Below are positions 24,504 to 33,700 of a DNA stretch of 64,000 nt, in pieces. The notes below the pieces were generated by a model, which had not been told where the DNA came from, ran no database searches, and saw only the letters and a list, made by a program, of their open reading frames with translations. The DNA is taken from assembly GCA_015055965.1 (NCBI GenBank), contig SVHG01000006.1:57234-121233 (forward strand). The letters are read 5' to 3'. The position numbers were made by a program, and so were the translations under genes. The stretch's first letter is position 1. Each line of letters starts with the position of its first letter. The DNA is from Clostridiales bacterium. Its GTDB lineage: Bacteria; Bacillota; Clostridia; Christensenellales; Borkfalkiaceae.

Positions 24504-26654
24504 TTATTTCTGTTGGTTAAGTAATTCCTTAAGTACGCTGTATAAATTGATTAAGTAGTTAGAATCGTTTCTGGAAATATCGGTTACGAACGCGTTGAAT
24601 AGGTTGGGGAATCTTGCTTCAAAGCTTTCCATCTTTTCAATAGCGCCTTCGGTATATCTGCGGAAGGTTCTATCGTCTTCAACGGTAAATAATTCGTTGC
24701 CGTCCTTCGCCTTTTCGCCAGCCAAGAAGCCCTGCTTTGCAATAGTTGCGCGGTTTGCGCAGTTTTGCATAGCCATAAAGAATCTAAGCAATTCGTAAGC
24801 AAGCTTTTCCTTTTCGCTTTCCCCGTTTGCGCTGGGAATATCAGTTTTAACGAATGCTGCAACCTCGCCAAGCTTTGCGCAAATAGTTCCCATATCGCAA
24901 GATGCGCTTGAACCGCTTACTCCTTCTAAACGCTTTTCTACCGCGCTGTTAATAAGCGCTTCTATATCGTTATTTTTCTTACCGCCAAGCTCTTTTTCTA
25001 CGCAAGCCTGAACGGTTTTTCCCATGCTTTCTGCGGTTAAAACCTTCTTTAACGCGCTTTCTATACGCTTATCAACTAGGTTTGCGATATATTCTTCTAT
25101 CATTCCGCCACCCGCTTGAGTGGTTGCGCCCTCTGCTTCCTCTTGCTTTTCGTACTTACAAACGTAATCGTAAGAGTCGATTATAGCTTCTATAGCGCGC
25201 TCTGTGATAAGTAGGTTGTAGTTTTCGGTATCCCATAGGTTGGTTACGCAAGCGGGGTTTCCGCTATCAACGTATCTATCCCCCATAATCTTATCAAACA
25301 TATCGTCTACAACCTTATCGGGCTGACCGGATACGTAATAGCAATACTGAACGTTTACGCGAAGCGCCATGGGTACTAACGCAGGCTCTTTAATATCCAC
25401 CTTAGCGCCTGCAACCTGTTGCATAATTTCGTGATCGTCGCCGTATTCCCATTCAATTTCAAATTCAGAGTTGCCAATCCAGAATGCGTAACGCGTTCTT
25501 GATGCGTTCATGTAGCTGGTTCTTGCAGAGTGAATTGCCTGAGCAACGTATTCACGGCAGAAGTTAACTGCGTTTTTACCGTTTTCATCTATGAAATAGT
25601 AATACAAGTCGTCTACGGGAAGCTTCATATCGCTCTTTGCACCGCCAACGCCGTAATGCTTTTTAAGCGCCTCAAATTCCTCTTCGTTGTTAACGATACT
25701 TTCGTAACGTAAGTCCGCAGCGCCGTCAATTAGCATATCTATCAAATAGTAGGTATGGTATAGGTTGAAGTAGTTGTATTCTTGCTCTGAATTGTTTTTC
25801 TTCTTTCCAATGTATAAAATTTCCTTTTCTGCATCAGTAAGGCTTTGGCAGGTTGCTAGCTTGGGAAGAAGGGGTAAACAGTTTTTAATAAGCCAATCTT
25901 GAACCTTTGCTCTTGCTTGGTTAACGGCTTCAACAACGTCTTCAAATCCACCCTTATCGTTAAGGTAATCAATAAACTTATCGTCACGGCCACCGCCTAA
26001 AAGTTCAGCGTCGTTATTCTTTTCTACCTCGTCTATTTCGCCTAACGCATAGTTAAAGAAATCCGCAAGAGCGGCGTTAACTGCGTAAGTGAAGTATAAA
26101 GACCCGCGTGAAGGATTGCCGGCGTCTGCTCTAAAGCCCCAAGTGCCGTCCTCTCTTTGCCCCTTTAGTAATTTTAGAAGGGTATCTGCGCCGATATGTA
26201 ATAATCTATCCCTAACCTCTTCCGTTAAAGAAAGCACACCCTTTCTTTGAGCGTAACGGGCTAATATACATGAAGAAGAAACCCACGTCATAACGTCGGT
26301 ATAGCCGTATTCGCCAAAAAGACCTTTGGTTACCTCCGCTCTCTTATAAGGGGTAATAGAATAGCCTTCTTTTTCTACCATGTTTAGCATGGTGGTAATC
26401 ATTTTGTTTACCTTTTGGTTGATATCTGCCTTTTCGCTATCTGGGAAAATGCTCTTGTTATCGCCAAAAACAACCAATAACAGTAATGCGGAAGCAACCC
26501 CGATAGACTGGGGAATTAAGCCTTCGCTCATCATGTGGTTTTTATCAACGAATTTTTCGCCGCACTTAGACCATTCTTCAAATAGCGCCGTTTTCGTTGA
26601 TGACGCTGCTTCTAATACGGTTGATAGGTTAAGAATGTGTGAACGCATATCCAT
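24504..26654 (-). CDS. 716-aa hypothetical protein; possible alpha/alpha-toroid (prenyltransferase / terpene-cyclase-like) repeat
   Basis: First gene of the cluster, with RBS CAGGAG. The only motif I recognise is KGQREDGTWGFRAD (nt ~26110-26175), which resembles the QxxDGGWG repeat of squalene-cyclase/prenyltransferase folds. The fold assignment is weak. Confidence 0.75.
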   Translation of the reverse strand: MDMRSHILNLSTVLEAASSTKTALFEEWSKCGEKFVDKNHMMSEGLIPQSIGVASALLLLVVFGDNKSIFPDSEKADINQKVNKMITTMLNMVEKEGYSITPYKRAEVTKGLFGEYGYTDVMTWVSSSCILARYAQRKGVLSLTEEVRDRLLHIGADTLLKLLKGQREDGTWGFRADAGNPSRGSLYFTYAVNAALADFFNYALGEIDEVEKNNDAELLGGGRDDKFIDYLNDKGGFEDVVEAVNQARAKVQDWLIKNCLPLLPKLATCQSLTDAEKEILYIGKKKNNSEQEYNYFNLYHTYYLIDMLIDGAADLRYESIVNNEEEFEALKKHYGVGGAKSDMKLPVDDLYYYFIDENGKNAVNFCREYVAQAIHSARTSYMNASRTRYAFWIGNSEFEIEWEYGDDHEIMQQVAGAKVDIKEPALVPMALRVNVQYCYYVSGQPDKVVDDMFDKIMGDRYVDSGNPACVTNLWDTENYNLLITERAIEAIIDSYDYVCKYEKQEEAEGATTQAGGGMIEEYIANLVDKRIESALKKVLTAESMGKTVQACVEKELGGKKNNDIEALINSAVEKRLEGVSGSSASCDMGTICAKLGEVAAFVKTDIPSANGESEKEKLAYELLRFFMAMQNCANRATIAKQGFLAGEKAKDGNELFTVEDDRTFRRYTEGAIEKMESFEARFPNLFNAFVTDISRNDSNYLINLYSVLKELLNQQK

Positions 26655-26964
26655 TTTACTGCTCCTGTTTTTGGCTTTTGCCTTTTTTATTTTTTTGGCT
26701 ACTACGCCATTATATAAATATAATATTATTTATTATATACTATAAGTAGAGTAAAGTCAAGTGCAAAAATTATTTTATTACAAGAAGTTTAAAAACAGTA
26801 GTTTTTAAATGACCGCCCCCCGTTTTTCTGCAATTACTTGCAAAGTTGGGCTATACGGCGGTTATTCGCTTTTTGGGGCTGTTTTTGCTTAAAAAATAGG
26901 GTTTTTGCTATAAAATGAGCAAAAAATAGGGCTATAACGCGATTATCGGCACTTTAAAATTTAA

Positions 26965-27004
26965 CAAAATAAAAATTCGAGCAGTAAAACGCCACCCGAA
27001 TTTT
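26965..27004 (-). terminator. intrinsic terminator 3' of the third vanZ-like gene
   Basis: AAAATTCG (26972-26979) pairs with CGAATTTT (26997-27004). The minus-strand RNA has a U-rich tail. Confidence 0.55.
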
Positions 27005-27052
27005 CTTTTAATATATTCTTTTTATTTGTTATAAGACCGTTATTATAAGCTT

Positions 27053-27634
27053 TTATTTTGTGATAATAGCAATATAAATATCTATATTAGAAGCAAAGTT
27101 AAAGAATAAATAAGCAAAAATAGTAAGAGCAAGGATTAAAAATATAATAAGTAGCACGTTATAAATTTTATACCTTTCGCCCCTTGTTACTATTAAGTAA
27201 ATAACCGCACCTAACGCACCGCCAAGAGTATTTAAGATTAAATCGTTTAGCATAAACGAGCCTATTACGCTACTTAGCTGAAAAAGCTCTATTATTAAAG
27301 AGAATAAAAAGCTAACTATAAATGCCTTTAACAGCCTTTTACTTTGGAATAAGCCAGCCGTAAAAATACCAAATGGAATAAACACGGCAAGGTTTAAAAA
27401 ATCTAAAAGAAGAGTTTTTTTAATTACCCCTATTTGCGCTTCTATCTTATAAAACTCAATTAGCTTTAATCCCCTAACGAGCCTTTGCTTTAAGCTCATA
27501 GTGGATAAGAAGTTATAATTAGCTATTAAATCCTTAGGCATAATCGCCTTTAGTGCTATACCCCAAATAAGTAGTAACGCAAACAATGCAAAAGATGCCT
27601 TTATTAAATAATTAAAGATTTTTTTACTATTCAT
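27053..27634 (-). CDS. VanZ-like family membrane protein (third copy in the window)
   Basis: 193 aa. Motifs: FIPFGIFTAGLF and IELFQLSSVIGSFMLNDLILNTLGGALG. Confidence 0.85.
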   Translation of the reverse strand: MNSKKIFNYLIKASFALFALLLIWGIALKAIMPKDLIANYNFLSTMSLKQRLVRGLKLIEFYKIEAQIGVIKKTLLLDFLNLAVFIPFGIFTAGLFQSKRLLKAFIVSFLFSLIIELFQLSSVIGSFMLNDLILNTLGGALGAVIYLIVTRGERYKIYNVLLIIFLILALTIFAYLFFNFASNIDIYIAIITK

Positions 27635-27711
27635 ATATTTATTACCTTTTTATAATTATATATTTATTATAATCCTTTACAGTTATTAAATCAACCACTA
27701 TAAGCATATTT

Positions 27712-29176
27712 GGTACTGTCAAGCATTTTTCGCAAAATTGAAACTGATAAAACAGAAATAATTTGAAATTGCCTAAGGCGAGGCGTTCAGCCTCGTTAGT
27801 TGCTCACAAGCATTTCGGGGCGGCGGTGTCAAGGACAGCGCAGCTGCTCGTTCTTATCCTTGACTCCGCCCGCACGAAATGCTATGCTACTTGCTCCGTT
27901 TCGTACAGATATTTCATGCACAAATATCTTTTCGTTCCCCAATCTTTTCCCGATACGTATCGCAGTCTCGCACATACCAGCATCAACGCCGATTTCCCGT
28001 CCGGAAAAGCTCCCACCACTCGCGTCCGTCTCCGTATCTCACGGTTCATTCGCTCTATCACGTTATTCGTACGTATTTTCAGCCAATGTTGCGTGGGAAA
28101 TTCCATATACGTCAGCGTCTCTTCTATCGATTCTTCTACCTTTTTCGCCGCTTCCTTTAACCTCATGCCTTTCAGCGCCTCTACCACGTCCTTTGCCTTC
28201 TTTCTCGCCGATTCTTTGCTCTCCTGCGCGTGGATCGCTTTCAGCATCCGCGTTACTTCACGCATCCTGTTTCTCGGCGTTACCGACATTACGTTCCGAT
28301 AGAAATGTACCGTACACCGTTGATATTTCGCTTGCGGATATACTTCCTGTACGGCGTTATTCATTCCAAGACATTTATCTCCTACAATCAACCGTACCCC
28401 TTCTAATCCCCGTCCTTTCAGCCATTTCAGAAAGTTTCTCCAACTTTCTGCGTCTTCTTTCATTCCTTCCGCCGCGCCGATTACTTCCCGATAGCCTTCT
28501 TCGTCTACTCCGATAGCCACCAGCACGCTTACGTTTTCATACTCTCCGCCCCAGTTTCGTTTCAGACAAATCCCGTCTACGTATACGTACGGATATCGAC
28601 CCGTAAGCTTTCTGTTTCGCCATTCTTCTATATGTACGTAGGCTTTTTGATTCAAGTCGCTGATCGTAGAAGCCGAAACCCGACTTCCCCAAAGCGCTTC
28701 GGATATGTCTTCTACCCGCCGTACCGATACCCCTGCCAGATACATTTCGATTAAAGCTTCTTCCACCGAACTTTCTCTACGCTTATACCGTTCGATGATT
28801 GCCGTTTCAAAGGGGATTCCTTTGAGCTTCGGCACTTCTAATTTCACCTCGCCCGACGTGGTCGTTAATTTTCGGGCGTAGTGTCCGCTGCGGTAACCCT
28901 GACGGGTTTCGTTGCGTTCGTATTTCGCCGCACCCGTCAATTCGTCGGCTTCTTTGTCTAATAGTTCGTTTAACGTCTCTTCTACGCTTTTTCTTACCAA
29001 TTCTTTCAATTCCGACTTGACAGCCGCCTCGTTTAGTTGTATAATTTTATCAGACATGTTGCAATACTCCTTTGAATGTTGTTTTTTTTTGCTTATTCCA
29101 TTCTATCAGAGTTTTGCTTACATGTCTATTTTTTTGTATGCCTTTCTTCATTTTGCGAAATTTATTATACCTTATC
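27712..29176 (-). mobile_element. intact IS256-family insertion sequence (1,465 bp) with an 8-bp target-site duplication
   Basis: Imperfect 27-bp terminal inverted repeats: GGTACTGTCAAGCATTTTTCGCAAAAT at 27712-27738 against the reverse complement of 29150-29176, GATAAGGTATAATAAATTTCGCAAAAT. They match at 18 of 27 positions, and the inner 11 bp are identical. The direct repeat GCATATTT flanks both ends (27704-27711 and 29177-29184). The element looks visibly more GC-rich than the surrounding DNA. Confidence 0.8.
27882..29057 (-). CDS. IS256 family (Mutator-type) transposase
   Basis: 391 aa. Typical IS256 transposase blocks: YPYVYVDGICLKRNWGGEYENVSVLVAIGVDEEGYREVIG...ESWRNFLKWLKGRGLEGVRLIVGDKCLGMNNAVQEVYPQAKYQRCTVHFYRNV...EMYLAGVS. 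Confidence 0.9.
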   Translation of the reverse strand: MSDKIIQLNEAAVKSELKELVRKSVEETLNELLDKEADELTGAAKYERNETRQGYRSGHYARKLTTTSGEVKLEVPKLKGIPFETAIIERYKRRESSVEEALIEMYLAGVSVRRVEDISEALWGSRVSASTISDLNQKAYVHIEEWRNRKLTGRYPYVYVDGICLKRNWGGEYENVSVLVAIGVDEEGYREVIGAAEGMKEDAESWRNFLKWLKGRGLEGVRLIVGDKCLGMNNAVQEVYPQAKYQRCTVHFYRNVMSVTPRNRMREVTRMLKAIHAQESKESARKKAKDVVEALKGMRLKEAAKKVEESIEETLTYMEFPTQHWLKIRTNNVIERMNREIRRRTRVVGAFPDGKSALMLVCARLRYVSGKDWGTKRYLCMKYLYETEQVA

Positions 29177-29249
29177 GCATATTTCTTAAATAAAGGAATT
29201 TTTGTTATTGTAAACTTCTAAATTTACTTATTACAATAATAAAAAAGTA

Positions 29250-29281
29250 TAAAAAAACTCGACTATTTTTTATAGCCGAGT
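29250..29281 (-). terminator. intrinsic terminator of the rpsF-ssb-rpsR operon
   Basis: Minus-strand RNA: ACUCGGCUAU, AAAAA loop, AUAGUCGAGU (10 bp including one G-U pair), then UUUUUUU. Confidence 0.75.
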
Positions 29282-29301
29282 TATTTTTATTTTTTTGTTG
29301 A

Positions 29302-29595
29302 TTATTCACCTTTGAAGGGAAGTAATGCAACGATTCTTGCTCTTTTAACAGCTTCTGCAAGCATTCTTTGGTGCTTAGCGCATACGCCGGTCATACGTCT
29401 GGGGAGCATTTTACCCTTTTCGGTAACGTATTTTCTTAATTTGCCAACTTCTTTATAATCAATAGAGGTTGCTTTTTCAACACAGAATTGGCAAACTTTT
29501 TTCTTGTTTACTCTTTTGAAAGGCTTTTTTGCAGATGCTACGGGAGCAGAAGCTTCGGTAGCAGGAGCAGCCGTGTTTACGGTGTTTTCTTCCAT
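29302..29595 (-). CDS. rpsR: 30S ribosomal protein S18
   Basis: 97 aa. [63 protein letters not shown] is a canonical S18 core. The N-terminal extension is Ala-rich. Confidence 0.95.
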   Translation of the reverse strand: MEENTVNTAAPATEASAPVASAKKPFKRVNKKKVCQFCVEKATSIDYKEVGKLRKYVTEKGKMLPRRMTGVCAKHQRMLAEAVKRARIVALLPFKGE

Positions 29596-29741
29596 TTTTA
29601 TTTCTCCTTATGATATTCTTTGTTTTCGCGTTTACGCGATTTTTTTACGCTTTTTAAGCGCCGTGTTTTGCTTTTTTAGAGCATAAAATGCCTACCCCGC
29701 CCTTTTTACGCGAGGTAATAGGCTTAATGAAGGTTTGTTAA

Positions 29742-30158
29742 TTAGAAGGGAAGCTGATCGTCGTCTGCCATAACCTCTAACTCGGGTTTCTTTGAACCGG
29801 AGCTTATGGGACGGGGTTCTTCTTCCTGACCTTCCCCTGAACCTTTTGAGGATAGGAATTCCACTTCGTTTGCCACGATATCCGTTACCGTGCGCTTATT
29901 ACCGTCTTTATCTTCATAAGTACGGTTTTGTAAGCTACCCACGATTGCAACCTTGCTACCCTTTTTAAGGTATCTTCCGCAATTTTCTGCCTGAGTTCTC
30001 CAAACGGTGATATTAAAGAAGTCTGTTTGGCGTTCGCCGTCACTGCTAGAGTAATTGCGATTTACAGCAATTGAAAAACGGCAAAGAGCAATACCGCTAG
30101 GGGTTTCGGAAAGCTCGGGATCACGTGTTAAATTACCAATAAGATATACTTTATTCAT
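29742..30158 (-). CDS. ssb: single-stranded DNA-binding protein
   Basis: 138 aa. OB-fold N-terminus MNKVYLIGNLTRDPELSETPSGIALCRFSIAVNR, a Gly/Glu-rich linker, and an acidic tip DDDQLPF. Confidence 0.95.
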   Translation of the reverse strand: MNKVYLIGNLTRDPELSETPSGIALCRFSIAVNRNYSSSDGERQTDFFNITVWRTQAENCGRYLKKGSKVAIVGSLQNRTYEDKDGNKRTVTDIVANEVEFLSSKGSGEGQEEEPRPISSGSKKPELEVMADDDQLPF

Positions 30159-30206
30159 CTTTATTCCTCTGTTGTTTTTTCTTGTTTAATAACCTTTAGC
30201 TAATTA

Positions 30207-30491
30207 TTAAGCTCTTTTGGTTACCATTTGTCTTAACATACCTTCGGTGATGCCTGCAACACGGGTGATTTCCGCGATAACGCTGGTTTCACATTCGAAC
30301 GTCATAAGAACGTAGTAGCCTTCGGTTTGGTAGTTGATAGCGTAAGCGAGCTTCTTAACACCCCACTTATCAATACCTTCAACCTTTCCGCCTGCTTCAG
30401 TTACGATTCCTTCAAACTTAGCAATAATTGCATCCCTAGCTTCGTCTTCAAGCTTGGTTGAAAGAATGTAAAGCATTTCGTACTTCGTCAT
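30207..30491 (-). CDS. rpsF: 30S ribosomal protein S6
   Basis: 94 aa. MTKYEMLYILSTKLEDEARDAIIAKFEGIVTEAGGKVEGIDKWGVKKLAYAINYQTEGYYVLMTFE. Confidence 0.95.
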   Translation of the reverse strand: MTKYEMLYILSTKLEDEARDAIIAKFEGIVTEAGGKVEGIDKWGVKKLAYAINYQTEGYYVLMTFECETSVIAEITRVAGITEGMLRQMVTKRA

Positions 30492-30647
30492 GATTTTTTT
30501 ACCTCCTGGTCTTAATCGGCTTGCGTTTTCATCGTTTTATATTCCTCGCAAGCAAGGTTTGCCTTTCGGCATATAATTAAAAGCTTAACGCCTTAATTAT
30601 TAGAGTAACGGGTTACCCCGCCCTCGGCTCGCTACGAGCCGAAGGCA
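30492..30647 (-). promoter_or_regulatory. structured rpsF 5' leader (possible S6:S18 autoregulatory leader)
   Basis: The ~150-nt UTR contains strong hairpins on the minus strand: GCCUUCGGCUC, loop, GAGCCGAGGGC; GCCGAAAGGC; and GCUUGCG, loop, CGCAAGC next to the RBS. The functional assignment comes from knowledge of Firmicutes rpsF leaders and is not verified here. Confidence 0.4.
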
Positions 30648-30676
30648 AGTATAACACTTTTAGTTTGTTTTGTCAA
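30648..30676 (-). promoter_or_regulatory. sigma-A promoter of rpsF-ssb-rpsR
   Basis: Minus strand: TTGACA (30676-30671), 17 nt, TATACT (30653-30648). The -35 box lies only ~28 nt downstream of the giant ORF's stop codon. Confidence 0.7.
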
Positions 30677-30704
30677 CTGTTTTAACGCTTAGTTTATAAT
30701 CTGC

Positions 30705-33700
30705 TTAGGGAAGAACGGGAGCGCTATCAATTAGACCGAATACGATATCGAAGAAGTCAGCCATTGTGATTTGTTCCCAAGTCTTCTTTTCGCTATCAGC
30801 TTTACCGAAGTTATAAAGTTCAGTAATCTTAGCCTTTCTAGCGTCGGTTAAATCAGTTTCTTTTACTATGCCGATTTGAACTAATACGTCAAGTGATGCA
30901 TCCTTAGATAGCTTCTTTTCAAACTCAGTTGAAAGTGAGGTTAAGGTTAACGCGTTGTATTCAGCTTCAGTAAATACCTTGAATACGTCACAGTCGTCGT
31001 ATCCAATGAAGGTGCTTAACTTAACGTCAGTCTTAATCTTAGCACGTAAGTCGGTGCTAAAGTCAGCATCTAAGTCCTTAATCTTGTAATCAACAAGTAT
31101 CTTAACGATATCGTCGGTTACTTCTTCGCCAGCATCGTATAAGCCGTCCGCATCAGTATCGGTGTACCAAGTGCCCGTTAACTGATCTTTCTTGTAGCCC
31201 ATTACTTCACCAATGTATAGCTCGTCGATTGCACTGCTTAACTGGCCAATCTTCTTGTCTTCAAGTAGTTCAAGTAGAGATCCGTCGGTTACTTCAATTA
31301 CGTCGCCTAAAGTGAATTCATTAACAATGCCACCAAAGTCATTCTTAACCTCGCTTAAGGTGTAATCGCAAAGCTTACCAAGTAGTCCGGTTACAAGAGT
31401 AGTACCGTCATACCAGCCGTCTGCGCCTTCGGTGTATCTGAAGATGTCACCAATCTTAAGCGCTTCAACCTTATCCATGATAGTACCGATTCCGTCGCCG
31501 TGGGTAATATCCTTAACAAGTATTCCGGCAAGAGCGTTAGTTAATTTATCAGCAGGCTTAGCTAGGTCAACGATTAAGAATGCATATCCGTTTTCATCAA
31601 GAACTACTTCGTTTAATCCGTCCTTAGTCTTGAAGCTGTAATATACGTCTTCGCTACCACTGTATGAAACTCTTGCTAAGTGCATTAGCTCGCCAAGAGT
31701 GATTTCTTCAACCACGCTGATTATATCTAACGTTCCTTCTATTAGCTCGTGAGCGTCAAGAGAAGAAATACGTTGTGTTAATGTATCAACTTGAGTATAT
31801 GCGTTAATTACGCCTACACCCTCTACGTAAACGTCTTGCTTGCTGAACCATACGCAAGATGCATCGTGAACGTGACCGTCTACTAGGTTGCCTTCACAGG
31901 TGTAGCCAAGTAGCTCGCCCATATAGAAGCCGTCCATTAATGCGTCGTAATCGATATTCTTATTGATTACGTTAGCAAGCTTCATTTCGTAAATAACTTG
32001 TTTTACGTGATCCTTGATGCCGTAACCAAATTCTATCTTTTCGCCCTTGTTGGTCCAAACCTTATTAACTTCGTCGTATACGTTATAACCGTCTAATAGC
32101 TCGCCAACACGCATATCGCCAAGAACAGCGGTTAATAAGTATTCCTTACCTTGAGCCTTAGTATTGATTATGAAGTCGTATGCGCTTATGTTACATACGG
32201 TTGCAATTAGTTTAGCGTAAGCTTCGGTTGATAGCCACTTACCGGTTGCTTCATCATAAATTGCATTGTAAGTAGCAACTTGACCGGCTTTTTCTGCGCG
32301 ATTGTTAAGAGCTATTAACGCTTCGCCAACGATATCACCCATCGTTAAGTGGCTAATTGCATCAATTACTAATAACTTAATTCCGCCTAAACCGCCGTCG
32401 ATAGCAGCCTTAACGTCACCAACCGTGTAGTTTAGAGTTACTTCAAGTAGTTTTTCGAATGAACCTTCGAAATCCCACTTTCCGTTTTCTAGCTTAGTTG
32501 AGGTAATGTTTACACCTAACTGATCAGCTAAGGGGTGAACGCCTGACTGTAATCTGCCAAGCATATCAGCAAATACGATATCGCCTACTCTTAATTGTTC
32601 AACTAGGCTTAATGCGTATCCCTTTAGGTCATCCTTGTTATCAAGAATATCCTTTAAGCTTACGTTTAGAATAATATCCATTACGCTAACCATGCTGTTT
32701 ACCATAGTCCACTCTTCGTATGACTTCTTGGTTAAGGGTGCTTCGCCGGGTAGGATACCTTCTGCCTTAGCTTGGATATCGCTAGTTACGGTTAACAAGT
32801 TACCAAGAGTTACGTGAGTGAATATCTTATTACCAAAATCGTAACCGGTAGCTACTAAATCAATAGCTCTTTCATTAAATACTTCGTTCATTAAGCTATT
32901 AACGATGCCATCTCTTGAGTAAATACCGTCGTTTACAGTGTAACCTAAGTTATCAGCAAGAACGTCGCCTACGGTTGCATCAGCTACTACCTTGTTAACA
33001 AGACTTACTAATAGGTCGTTTGCTGCGAAGTATAGAACTGCGCCAACACCTACGCCAGCCGCGATTGCGAAAGGTCTGTAGTTTTCGGGTGTTGCTGCCC
33101 AAACGTCTGCTGCGTTGAATTTAATTGAACCAAGAGTTCCGCTTAGACCTGCGTGAAGTAGACTGTATACGAAATCAATCATGCTATGAGCAAAGATTTC
33201 ATCAGTAACAGAGTGTACTGCAGTAATTACTCTATCTACGTCAAGACCTAAAGTTCCAGCCTTAATATTTCTGAAGTTAATATCTTGATATAGGTTGATA
33301 AGCTCTGCGAATACTGCGTCTATTATTCTATGTTGTACCACGTGATCTAAGGTATTCCATACGTCGATTATAATATCAGATACCTTGCTGTCACCGTTTA
33401 AGGTTATACCGTTTAGAGGACCGGTAATTAAGCTGTTTGTTAATCTTACTATATCTCTTACTAAGCACTCGTCTAGGCTGGGAAGAGCGGTTACAACTAC
33501 GTTTGCAGTTGAATCTAGTAGATCGTTTACGTTAATTGCTAACGTGCCTTCTAATACTCTACCAATGATTACGCCTTCGTATAGACGGCCAAGCTCAGTA
33601 AATACGCTATCTATAACGTCGTGTCTTACGATATGGTCTAAGATTGCCTTACCGTTGATTAACGCGTCGGTTATTAGCTGTTCAGCGTGGAGATATACGT

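Noticed and set aside
24584-26745. Overlapping ORFs 24584-24871 (-), 24595-24798 (+), 25530-25712 (+) and 26380-26745 (+).
   Set aside because: They are nested within or antisense to the 716-aa CDS, short and without an RBS. The long frame explains the region.
27763-28516. Plus-strand ORFs 27763-28302, 27800-28516 and 27879-28160 (93-238 aa).
   Set aside because: All are antisense to, and nested within, the clearly recognisable IS256 transposase gene. Their translations are low-complexity (S/R/L/P-rich), as expected in GC-richer DNA.
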